Under the pieces are notes generated by a model. That model had not been told where the DNA came from. It ran no database searches and saw nothing but the letters and a program-made list of their open reading frames with translations. Below, piece after piece: positions 7,682-16,331 of a DNA stretch of 64,000 nucleotides; position 1 is the stretch's first letter; every line of letters begins with the position of its first letter. The position numbers and the translations under genes are program-made. Location of the stretch: positions 41,679-105,678 of the forward strand of contig JAOMWM010000003.1 of assembly GCA_028357285.1 (NCBI GenBank). The letters are read 5' to 3'. The DNA is from Schleiferiaceae bacterium (GTDB taxonomy: Bacteria > Bacteroidota > Bacteroidia > Flavobacteriales > Schleiferiaceae).

Positions 7682-9721
7682 ATGAATACAGTTAAGAACT
7701 ACATCCTAGGAAACTGGGAAACAGGAACTGGAGTAGAATATACTGCTCGTCATGCCATAACCGGTGAGGATTACGCGCAGGTGAGCTCAGAAGGGCTAGA
7801 TTATAAAGCCATTTTAGAGTACGGTCGTTCAGTCGGTGGACCGGCTTTGAGAAAAATGACCTTTCAAGAGCGTGGTCGCATGCTTAAGGCATTGGCGCTC
7901 CATTTGACCAGTATCAAACGTCAATTTTATGATGTGAGCTGGGCTACTGGCGCCACGAAAATTGATAGCTGGATAGATATTGAAGGTGGAATTGGTAATC
8001 TGTTTGCGAATGCATCGCTCAGACGCCAATTTCCAGATCTGCCCTATTATGTGGATGGCGATCTTGCCCGTTTATCAAAAGAAGGCACCTTCATCGGCCA
8101 CCACATTATGGTGCCACGTCACGGTGTAGCGGTTCACATTAATGCATTTAACTTCCCAATCTGGGGGATGCTTGAGAAAATTGCGGTCAATTTGATGGCT
8201 GGAGTTCCTTGTGTGGTGAAGCCTTCGGAATATACATCTTATTTGACGGAGGTGATGGTAAAGGCGATCATTGATAGTGGAATTTTACCCGAAGGGGCGT
8301 TGCAATTGGTCAGTGGAAAGGGACGTGGTATTTTAGATCATGTGGACTTTCAAGACGTCGTGACTTTTACAGGTTCAGCGTCAACGGGTCAGGTGCTGCG
8401 CGGTTTGCCGCACATCAACGAACGTTCCGTTCCGTTTAATCTCGAAGCGGACAGTTTAAACGCTTCGGTATTGGGATTGGATGTGAAGCCTGAAGATCCC
8501 GAATTCGCTTTGTTTGTTCGAGAATTGGCAAATGAAATGACCGTAAAGGCGGGTCAAAAATGTACCGCTATTCGTCGCGCCATGGTTCCAGAACACTTAT
8601 TACCCATCGTTCAGGACGCGGTGATCGCTCGACTTCAAAAGACGGCTATAGGCGATCCGCAGGCGGAAGGTGTGCGCATGGGGGCCCTTGCAACGCATGA
8701 CCAGATCGGTCGTGTAGAAGCGGAGATGAACAAGCTAATGGTGCAGCAAGAACTGGTTTATAACCCTTCTTTAGAGCTGATAGGAGCGACCAACGCTGGG
8801 GCATTTTATACACCGAAGCTTTTTGTAAATACAGATCCGTTCAATAAAACGGCCGTTCACGAAGTGGAGCCTTTTGGCCCTGTGAGTACGTTGATGCCGT
8901 ATAAATCTATTGATGAAGCGGTCCAATTGACTGCTCTTGGTCGCGGTTCCCTCGTCACCTCATTTACGAGTAAAAACACGAGTGATATCGTTGCCTTTAC
9001 TACCGAAGCTGCCGCGTACAACGGCCGTATCCACATCATCAATGAGAAGATGGCCAAGGAAAGTACCGGCCACGGTTCGCCGATGCCACTGATGAAACAC
9101 GGCGGTCCAGGTCGTGCCGGTGGTGGCGAAGAGATGGGCGGTAAGCGCGGGGTATTACATTATTTGCACCGTACGGCCATCCAGGGTCACCCGGACGACA
9201 TCACGGCCATTACGCAGCAGTACCAGCCAGGCGCATCTCGTCCAGAAGCTATGCCACACGTATTCCGTCAGCATTTTGAGGAGCTTGAAGTGGGCGCGAC
9301 AGTGTACACGGCGAAGCATACGGTAACTGAAACGGACATCACGAATTTTGCCAATGTGAGTGGGGATAATTTCTACGCACACATGGATGCGACTTCGCTT
9401 GAGGGAACCATCTTCGAGGGCCGAGTGGCGCATGGATATTTCATCCTGAGCAAGGCGGCGGGATTGTTCGTCGAGGCGAAGAAAGGTCCTGTGTTGTTGA
9501 ACTACGGTATTGATGAATGCCGATTCACTAAGCCGGTTTATCCAGGCGCGACCATCGGGGTAAAATTGACCGTAAAAGAAAAGATTGATCAGGAGAAGCG
9601 CAGCGAGGACGATGTAGCTAAAGGCATCGTGAAGTACTACGTGGAAGTTTACGACGATACCGATGAGGTAGTTGCTGTGACGACCATCTTGACCATGGTC
9701 AAGAAATTAGACCAGAGCTGA
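7682..9721 (+). CDS. paaZ: Bifunctional oxepin-CoA hydrolase / 3-oxo-5,6-dehydrosuberyl-CoA semialdehyde dehydrogenase
   Basis: 679 aa. N-terminal aldehyde dehydrogenase (KAGQKCTAIRR, EVEPFGPV) fused to a C-terminal MaoC hotdog hydratase (ANVSGDNFYAHMD). Confidence 0.9.
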   Translation: MNTVKNYILGNWETGTGVEYTARHAITGEDYAQVSSEGLDYKAILEYGRSVGGPALRKMTFQERGRMLKALALHLTSIKRQFYDVSWATGATKIDSWIDIEGGIGNLFANASLRRQFPDLPYYVDGDLARLSKEGTFIGHHIMVPRHGVAVHINAFNFPIWGMLEKIAVNLMAGVPCVVKPSEYTSYLTEVMVKAIIDSGILPEGALQLVSGKGRGILDHVDFQDVVTFTGSASTGQVLRGLPHINERSVPFNLEADSLNASVLGLDVKPEDPEFALFVRELANEMTVKAGQKCTAIRRAMVPEHLLPIVQDAVIARLQKTAIGDPQAEGVRMGALATHDQIGRVEAEMNKLMVQQELVYNPSLELIGATNAGAFYTPKLFVNTDPFNKTAVHEVEPFGPVSTLMPYKSIDEAVQLTALGRGSLVTSFTSKNTSDIVAFTTEAAAYNGRIHIINEKMAKESTGHGSPMPLMKHGGPGRAGGGEEMGGKRGVLHYLHRTAIQGHPDDITAITQQYQPGASRPEAMPHVFRQHFEELEVGATVYTAKHTVTETDITNFANVSGDNFYAHMDATSLEGTIFEGRVAHGYFILSKAAGLFVEAKKGPVLLNYGIDECRFTKPVYPGATIGVKLTVKEKIDQEKRSEDDVAKGIVKYYVEVYDDTDEVVAVTTILTMVKKLDQS

Positions 9722-9761
9722 TGAATATTCAGCAGAACACAATACCCAAATACTATAACCT

Positions 9762-10535
9762 ATGAACGAAGCAGTAAACCAAGGCGGTGTTAATGTCGAT
9801 ATAGACGATCGCGGGTTAGCGACGGTAGAATTTTTTCATCCATTGTCCAATTCTTTGCCGGGCAAGGTCCTCGCGAAATTGGCCAATACCATTACTGATC
9901 TGGGCGAGAATACTACCGTTAAACTCATCCTTTTAAAAAGCGATGGCGAGCGTGCCTTTTGCGCCGGCGCAAGCTTTGACGAATTAATTTCTATTGAAGA
10001 TTTAGAGACCGGAAAGGTCTTTTTTAGCGGCTTTGCGAACGTCATCAATGCCATGCGCAAGTGTCCTAAGCTCATTGTCGGCCGCGTTCAAGGGAAGGCT
10101 GTCGGCGGCGGTGTAGGCCTCGCTTCTTCTGTGGACTATTGTTATGCGACCAAGCATGCGGCGGTGAAGCTGAGTGAGTTGGCCGTGGGCATAGGACCGT
10201 TTGTAGTGGGACCGGCGTGTGAACGCAAATTAGGTTTGGCGGGCATGTCCGACTTAGCCATTAACGCAACAGAATGGCGCTCCGCAGAATGGGCTTTTCA
10301 GCGCGGTTTGTACAATGATATTTTCGAAGATGCAGCGGCGATGGATGCTGCTATTGAAGCTCTAGCGGGCCGATTGCTAACGAAATCTGTACCCGCAATG
10401 CGCGGACTCAAGAAGGTCTTTTGGGAGGGCACGCAACATTGGGATGATTTGTTGGCCGAGCGCGCGGCGATTAGCGGCGAATTGATTCTGAGCAAGGAAG
10501 CAAAGGATGCCATTAATGCATTTAAAAAGAAGTAA
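9762..10535 (+). CDS. Enoyl-CoA hydratase/isomerase (crotonase) family protein
   Basis: Crotonase fold motifs AFCAGASFDEL and GKAVGGGVGLASSVD. The first canonical catalytic Glu position (GGGxEL) is not Glu, so isomerase-type chemistry is possible. Confidence 0.8.
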   Translation: MNEAVNQGGVNVDIDDRGLATVEFFHPLSNSLPGKVLAKLANTITDLGENTTVKLILLKSDGERAFCAGASFDELISIEDLETGKVFFSGFANVINAMRKCPKLIVGRVQGKAVGGGVGLASSVDYCYATKHAAVKLSELAVGIGPFVVGPACERKLGLAGMSDLAINATEWRSAEWAFQRGLYNDIFEDAAAMDAAIEALAGRLLTKSVPAMRGLKKVFWEGTQHWDDLLAERAAISGELILSKEAKDAINAFKKK

Positions 10536-11380
10536 TGATTCGATTTCTCGTCGTTTTTAGCTTGATAACTACAACAATTTTTGGCAAGAGTGACTCCACA
10601 GTGATTGCATCGTATCATCGAAATGCCATTTACAGTGCGGCGGGTTCGTTTACGGACTTGAACAATTGGAACGCCGGCGGGGAAAACAGTTCAAACATCA
10701 GTTTATTGCTTCGTGAAAATTGGACAAAAAAGGGCGAGAACTTCACCACCGTTCATCTCTTAGAAGGGAATTATGGACTCAGTCGCCAAGCCGGAATACT
10801 TACAAAAAACGCGGATAAATTGGAGTTTACAACCACGCTTGCGGGCTCGTCGAAAACTACGGCTTGGAATTTATCTGGACAATTAAATGTGCGCACTCAG
10901 TTTGCCCCAGGATTTGCGAAAGGGGATACTACCCGAATACCTGTTTCCACATTTGGCGCGCCTGTATATGGTCAATACTCCTTTGGTATAGGCAACAACT
11001 CGTGGGAACACTGGCAAGTATTTTTATCTCCTTTTGCCGGCAAGAGTACAACGGTATTTGACGAAACTTTACGCGAAAAAGGCGCCTTTGGTGTGGACAC
11101 CGGAGCGACCTGGCGCTTTGAGGCTGGGGCAAAAATTACGCTGAATTATACCCAGCAACTGACTGATGAGTTTGGAGTCACGGCGAAATCGGACCTCTTC
11201 TTTAATTACTGGGAGTCGATATCTGCGACCGATTTAAACCTGGACATTATTGCCATTTATAAAATCCGCAAAGCGCTATCGTTCAATGCGCATTTCCAAT
11301 TGATTCGGGACATTGACCAGATCGATGCATGGCAACGGCGTTCGGTACTGGGTGTAGGTTTGGCGTATACGATTAAGTAG
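10535..11380 (+). CDS. DUF3078-like outer-membrane beta-barrel protein
   Basis: Signal peptide MIRFLVVFSLITTTIFG, NWNAGGENSSNISL motif recalled from DUF3078, strand-like periodicity to the C-terminus. The start overlaps the crotonase stop (TAATG). Confidence 0.6.
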   Translation: MIRFLVVFSLITTTIFGKSDSTVIASYHRNAIYSAAGSFTDLNNWNAGGENSSNISLLLRENWTKKGENFTTVHLLEGNYGLSRQAGILTKNADKLEFTTTLAGSSKTTAWNLSGQLNVRTQFAPGFAKGDTTRIPVSTFGAPVYGQYSFGIGNNSWEHWQVFLSPFAGKSTTVFDETLREKGAFGVDTGATWRFEAGAKITLNYTQQLTDEFGVTAKSDLFFNYWESISATDLNLDIIAIYKIRKALSFNAHFQLIRDIDQIDAWQRRSVLGVGLAYTIK

Positions 11381-11567
11381 TCTTCCTCCTCAACTTGCGC
11401 TCCTTTCTCCAAAGCACAAAAAAGAGGATAATGAGACCCGGTTGGAGTACAACAAAAACAAAAATATTGGCGAGGTAATAGCCATAGCCGTATTCACCAG
11501 GTGCACCTCCCATCACCTGGAGGATGTAGACGCACTTCATAAATAGTTCGGTGATAAATGCTTCCAT
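11373..11567 (-). CDS. Possible small membrane protein (64 aa)
   Basis: One clear TM segment (YYLANIFVFVVLQPGLIILFFVLW) followed by a basic tail RKERKLRRKTT. Converges on and overlaps DUF3078 by 8 nt. Only ~35 nt lie between the upstream terminator and its ATG, so expression is doubtful. Confidence 0.25.
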   Translation of the reverse strand: MEAFITELFMKCVYILQVMGGAPGEYGYGYYLANIFVFVVLQPGLIILFFVLWRKERKLRRKTT

Positions 11568-11600
11568 GGAAGTTTAACGCAAGGGGAAAAGTTATCGTAC

Positions 11601-11630
11601 AAAAAAGCCACCCATTGGGTGGCTTTTTTG
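11601..11630. terminator. Bidirectional intrinsic terminator (serves the DUF4399 gene)
   Basis: A6-AGCCACCC-ATT-GGGTGGCT-T6, a perfect 8-bp stem. Confidence 0.7.
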
Positions 11631-11650
11631 TTATTCAAAAAGATGAAACG

Positions 11651-12130
11651 TTACTTCACAAACACCTTAATCGAAGCGCTCATGTCGCGGCCGTAAGAGG
11701 CGTGTACACCGTTGGCGAACTGCATGCCCAAACGAACTTCACCCAAAGGAAGGGTTACTGTATCTGAGACTTGAGCGCCGCCGTAGTGGATATTTACGCT
11801 ATCCGCAGGAACTACCTCACCTTTTGCAAGGAACGCGTTGCCGATCAAGAGGTGGTGGTGGCCTGTGCCTTCTACAATCTCACCCGCTGGGCGAACATCC
11901 ATGCCTTCTACACCGAATTCAACGTATATAGGGTTGCTTACTGTGTCGCCGTTTTCAAGGTTGGCAAAGAATACGCGACCGGTAGCATCGTTCATTTCCT
12001 CAGGAGCCATGCTTTCGTGGTTGTGGTCGTGTTCATCGTGGTTTTCTGCTGGTGTATCCGCTGTAGGGTTACAGGCGACGATCAATGCACCAAATGCAGT
12101 TAGGAGTAATGCCTTTTTCATGTTATTCAA
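11651..12130 (-). CDS. DUF4399-like lipoprotein with His-rich segment
   Basis: Lipobox LIVAC, ENHDEHDHNHES tract, GTGHHHLLI motif. Confidence 0.7.
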   Translation of the reverse strand: MNNMKKALLLTAFGALIVACNPTADTPAENHDEHDHNHESMAPEEMNDATGRVFFANLENGDTVSNPIYVEFGVEGMDVRPAGEIVEGTGHHHLLIGNAFLAKGEVVPADSVNIHYGGAQVSDTVTLPLGEVRLGMQFANGVHASYGRDMSASIKVFVK

Positions 12131-12623
12131 ATTCTATTAGTACGTTATTCTTCTCAACAGCATCACCTACCGAAACGTTCACGGATTTTACAATTCCGTC
12201 CTGTTCGGATTTCAGCATGTTCTCCATTTTCATCGCTTCTAAGATGAGTAAACCTTCTCCTTTAGCAATCTCTTGACCCGTTTCAACCATAATCTCTAAG
12301 ACTTTACCAGGCATTGGGGCTTTTAGTTTAGTGGCTTTCGAAGAAGCTCCCCCGGCAATTCCCATCTTTTCAAGCAATAGATCGTATTGGTCTTTCGCCT
12401 CTAAGACCATCGTCTGTCCGTTTATTTTCAGAGTAAACGTTTTCGAGTCTTCGGCGCGTTCTACCCATTGTACGTAGTAGGATTTATAATCTTTTAGGAT
12501 ATGCCAAGTTCTCGAGTCAATCTTTTCGATGTCCAGTGTATAGTAGGTTCCGTCGAGCAATCCCTCGGCGGCATTGGCTTCAGGTGAAACCTCAAATGAA
12601 TTTTTACCTGCGATCTTGTACAT
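12123..12623 (-). CDS. Biotin/lipoyl attachment domain protein (small biotin carboxyl carrier-like)
   Basis: C-terminal biotinyl domain with EAMKMEN. N-terminal ~90 aa are unassigned. Confidence 0.8.
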   Translation of the reverse strand: MYKIAGKNSFEVSPEANAAEGLLDGTYYTLDIEKIDSRTWHILKDYKSYYVQWVERAEDSKTFTLKINGQTMVLEAKDQYDLLLEKMGIAGGASSKATKLKAPMPGKVLEIMVETGQEIAKGEGLLILEAMKMENMLKSEQDGIVKSVNVSVGDAVEKNNVLIEFE

Positions 12624-12659
12624 GCGGTGGTTCTTTGAGAGACTAAAGGTACAAAAGGA

Positions 12660-14009
12660 TTAGTCCAATTTTGAAGCCCAAATTTGTGCGCCTTTTACTT
12701 TAATTATAAGATCAAAATTTTCCGGTGCTTCGAAAGCGCCTGGAATTTCACTGAATTCGAAGATGGCCATCACTACATCCGTCTCACCTTCCTCGCCACG
12801 CCAGATACGCATACTGTTCGTTGCGGTATCTATTTTTAATGCCATGTCATATCCGAGTTCGCCATTGAATAATGCCTGATGCTCGTGTTTTAACGCTAAC
12901 ATTTGTGCAAAGAAATCAGACTGTGGATGTGTCTTTGACCAATCTAAACCGATGGTGTCTTTACTAAAGAAAGGGTAACGATGATTCAGCCCTGCTTCCT
13001 GACCGGAATAGATTAACGGGAAGCTGCGCTTCATCATAGATGCAAGTATATACACTGCATTCCCTAAATCACCCATACGCTCTTCAACAGTGCCGTTCCA
13101 ACTGTTTTCATCGTGGTTGGTGTTGAAGTACATTTTCATGGTTTCAGCAGGCCAAACGGTATCGCATTTCGCTGCATATTCAGCGATAGCGCTTACGCTT
13201 TTATGTCCTTTTGCTACTTCATTCATAATGTGGTGGAATTCCCAACCATAAACAGCATTAAAACCAGCTTCGATAAGCGCTGGATCTTCCCATTCGGCCA
13301 ACATGAAAAGAGGGCCGTTATTAGCGCGTAAAGTGGTAATTGCTGTATTCCAGAAATCGATAGGAACAAATCCTGCCACATCACAACGGAACCCATCAAT
13401 ACCCGCGTTTGCAACCCACCAATCCATTTCAGCAATCATAGCTTCACGCATACCAGTCGCGTCGTAATTCAGATCGGCTACATCGGTCCAATCGGTAGGA
13501 TTACCATCATTATCAATGGCAACAATAGGGAAGTTCCCTTCATCATCTTTGGTATAGAATTCAGGATGCTCGGCTACCCACACATGATCAAATGAAGTAT
13601 GGTTAGCGACCCAGTCAAGGATGACTTTCATGCCAAGTTCATGAGCCTGGTGTACGATGGATTGAAAGTCTTCTAAGGTTCCAAAATTCGGATTTACTGC
13701 TGTATAATTTGAGATACTGTAGTAAGAGCCGAGCTCGCCTTTGCGGTTTTCTACACCGATGGGTTGAATAGGCATGAACCACAAAATATCTACGCCCATC
13801 TCAGCTAATCTTGGTAGGTGAGACTGGAAGGCTTTCAATGTGCCTTCCTCTGTGTATTGCCTGACGTTTACTTCATAAATATTATCGCTTGCAGCCCATT
13901 CTGGGCGTTTAGGGCCGTCGTATACGGCTAAAGGGGCGACGGGCGCAGCAGGCTGGCAAGTAATCATTGTTGTTGCGGCAGCTAAGGCAATAAGTATTGT
14001 TTTTTTCAT
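12660..14009 (-). CDS. GH13 alpha-amylase family lipoprotein
   Basis: Start set at MKKTILIALAAATTMITC (ATG 14009, lipobox). GH13 regions GIDGFRCDVAG, MLAEWE, NHDEN. The longer ORF to 14165 would overlap the upstream gene. Confidence 0.85.
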   Translation of the reverse strand: MKKTILIALAAATTMITCQPAAPVAPLAVYDGPKRPEWAASDNIYEVNVRQYTEEGTLKAFQSHLPRLAEMGVDILWFMPIQPIGVENRKGELGSYYSISNYTAVNPNFGTLEDFQSIVHQAHELGMKVILDWVANHTSFDHVWVAEHPEFYTKDDEGNFPIVAIDNDGNPTDWTDVADLNYDATGMREAMIAEMDWWVANAGIDGFRCDVAGFVPIDFWNTAITTLRANNGPLFMLAEWEDPALIEAGFNAVYGWEFHHIMNEVAKGHKSVSAIAEYAAKCDTVWPAETMKMYFNTNHDENSWNGTVEERMGDLGNAVYILASMMKRSFPLIYSGQEAGLNHRYPFFSKDTIGLDWSKTHPQSDFFAQMLALKHEHQALFNGELGYDMALKIDTATNSMRIWRGEEGETDVVMAIFEFSEIPGAFEAPENFDLIIKVKGAQIWASKLD

Positions 14010-14019
14010 GGTAAGTGAA

Positions 14020-16275
14020 TTAGTCTTGGTTGAATTGGCCGCAATTGCGGGTTTGGTAGATTTCGCCATCGGCAGGAACAGTAATGTCCCATTCTTCGAG
14101 GTAGCGGTCTTCATTACTGTTGTTAAAGAAGAAGCGCACTTCTTGTTCCATATACTTGCGCACAATGATGAGCAGGTGCGGTTCAGGCTGATGAACGGTC
14201 GTTGAACCGTAATTCAAGGCCATGATGTTGGTCCGATTTTCGTTTAGACGCGCAATGCGATCAAAGAGCTGCTGCTGACGCAGCGAAAAGTCGAACGGCA
14301 TCATCTTTCTGTTGTCCGGATCGTTCCCACCGTGAAGGGCAATCTCGTCGCCGTAGTAAAGGATAGGAATGCCAGGAACGGCAATGTTGAAGGCGTGCAT
14401 CGCGCCCATTTTTCGATACCCACGCTCAGTAGGTTCTGGGATTTCACGTGTCCAACCCGCCAGCTTGCTGTCTTCACTCATGCTGAGGTGACCTGAGGCC
14501 ATAGAGGAGAAGCGTGGCTTGTCCTGATTGCCTGAGATGTTCCCCATCAAATGGTGGTGACCATAGTAGGTGAGGCTGCTTTCTAAAGCCTTGCGCAGGC
14601 GGTCGAACGTGGCTCCTTCTTGTGTGAAGGCTTCGAACGCTGCATCGTAGAGGTTAAAGTTGAATTGGGCGTCGACCTTACCACTACCGACGTAGCTAGC
14701 AATGAGCTCATCCGAGCCGTACGTTTCTCCAATCTGGTACACATGATCTTCGCTTGCGGCACGAATTTTCTGGGTGAGCAAACGCGTGAAGTTCATCGGG
14801 ATGTGCTTGGTCGCATCGTGGCGGAAACCGTCGAAGTCATATTCGGTGATCCATACCAGCGCGCTATCACTCATGAGATCGGCAACGGTATCGTTGCGAA
14901 GCTCGAGGGTCGGCATAAAGGTATCGAACCAAGTCGTCAAGCGTTCCTCATCCCAAAGTTGGGTGTTGAGTCGTCCGTCTTCCGTGTATTTGTTGGTAGC
15001 CCAATTAGGGTGTTTCTGGTACACCGGGTGTAACTCATGGACGTGGTTGGCCACATAGTCTAGAAGTACATTTTGCTCCTTTGCATGCGCATCGTCGAGG
15101 AACAAATGCAGCTCTTCAGGAGAAGCGAAACGATGGTCCGGTTTGATATTGCTCACAGGCCAATATCCGTGGTATCCAGAGAACGTACTTACGGGTCCTC
15201 CTTGGTTCCACAGGCCCCAAGCATTTTCTGGGTTTTGTGTGATTGGACTGATCCAAAGTGTGTTGGTATGGAGCGCATCAAAATACCCTTCGGCCAATTT
15301 TTGGCGCATTCCCTCAATATCTCCGCCTTGGTAGTTGGCGCGAGGGTGTACAGTCGAATCTTGAACGGGCTGATCGTTTTCAGGGTTGCCGTTGAAGAAT
15401 CGGTCCACCATCGCGAAATACATGATGGAAGTGTGCCAATCCTTGCGGTCCAATTCTTTCGTATCAATAACCACCTCGCCAAACTTCAATGGGATCAACC
15501 AATCCCCGCCTTGCTGGCCGTTTCTCGCGGTATACAATCGGATCCAGGCACGTTCCCATTCCTGGGCATCTGCAGGAATTGCAATGCTTAGTCCGTCCTC
15601 ATCGCGTACAACGTCAATCACGCGGTTGTTGAAGAAGGCTAATACTTCTTGGTCTTCGGGGATAGCAGAAAAACGCAACGACTCTTCACTCACGTACTGG
15701 AAATCAATGGCTATAGGTGCTTCACCGCCGCCACCTTCTACAGTCAAAACATTGTTGAAGCTTCCAAATCCATTAGGCATGGTCACCGCATTCGAAGGGT
15801 CCAATACTTCTTCGCCGTTCACGACGAGTTTGTACGCATATTCACCGGGAGCAAGTACTAGAGGCGCTTCCCAAGCGCTGCCGTTCCATTCCAAGAAGGT
15901 GGCGTCGCTGTTCCAGGCGTTGAACACACCTTTGACCTTCACCTCTTCTCCTTCGAAACCAGGAATACTCAAGGTGATGGCACGCTTTGCACCTCTAAAA
16001 AAGGGCACATCCATGCTCGAGCGATGTCCAGTTATATGTTCCACGTTAAGTTCGTGCTCGAGGGTCCCAGACATCTTTCCGTGGCTGTAGCTAATACCCT
16101 CGGGTAATTCGTAATCACCGACCATATAGTCTTGACGGACAAAATCACTCTGCGTACCGTGATGAACGTGGGGCGAAGCCAGGTCTGAGGCTTGCATGCG
16201 AAGGGGTGCTGAGGGTTGAACTTCACAGGCAGCGAGCGCTGCACTGATGGAGAGTACCGTTATAAATTTCTTCAT
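14020..16275 (-). CDS. GH13 alpha-glucan hydrolase lipoprotein with N-terminal CBM48/E-set-like module
   Basis: Lipobox ALAAC. Glycogen-binding-like module (VKVKGVFNAWNSD..YAYKLVVNGEEVLDP). Catalytic regions DFDGFRHDATKH and QIGETYG. Region IV reads GNQDKPRF. Confidence 0.85.
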   Translation of the reverse strand: MKKFITVLSISAALAACEVQPSAPLRMQASDLASPHVHHGTQSDFVRQDYMVGDYELPEGISYSHGKMSGTLEHELNVEHITGHRSSMDVPFFRGAKRAITLSIPGFEGEEVKVKGVFNAWNSDATFLEWNGSAWEAPLVLAPGEYAYKLVVNGEEVLDPSNAVTMPNGFGSFNNVLTVEGGGGEAPIAIDFQYVSEESLRFSAIPEDQEVLAFFNNRVIDVVRDEDGLSIAIPADAQEWERAWIRLYTARNGQQGGDWLIPLKFGEVVIDTKELDRKDWHTSIMYFAMVDRFFNGNPENDQPVQDSTVHPRANYQGGDIEGMRQKLAEGYFDALHTNTLWISPITQNPENAWGLWNQGGPVSTFSGYHGYWPVSNIKPDHRFASPEELHLFLDDAHAKEQNVLLDYVANHVHELHPVYQKHPNWATNKYTEDGRLNTQLWDEERLTTWFDTFMPTLELRNDTVADLMSDSALVWITEYDFDGFRHDATKHIPMNFTRLLTQKIRAASEDHVYQIGETYGSDELIASYVGSGKVDAQFNFNLYDAAFEAFTQEGATFDRLRKALESSLTYYGHHHLMGNISGNQDKPRFSSMASGHLSMSEDSKLAGWTREIPEPTERGYRKMGAMHAFNIAVPGIPILYYGDEIALHGGNDPDNRKMMPFDFSLRQQQLFDRIARLNENRTNIMALNYGSTTVHQPEPHLLIIVRKYMEQEVRFFFNNSNEDRYLEEWDITVPADGEIYQTRNCGQFNQD

Positions 16276-16284
16276 GTGCTGTGG

Positions 16285-16312
16285 GCTAAAAAAAGGCGCA
16301 CGTGGCGCCTTT
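16285..16312 (-). terminator. Intrinsic terminator after the GH65 gene
   Basis: On the minus strand AAAGGCGCC-ACGTG-CGCCTTT is followed by T7. It lies between the GH65 stop (16332) and the GH13 start (16275). Confidence 0.65.
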
Positions 16313-16331
16313 CTAAGATAGTATCAATTCA

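Noticed and set aside
14010-14165. N-terminal extension of the 12660-14165 ORF (MCASIWNKK...)
   Set aside because: It would overlap the 3' end of the upstream GH13 gene by ~145 nt. The internal MKKTILIALAAATTMITC start gives a proper lipoprotein signal 10 nt after that gene's stop.
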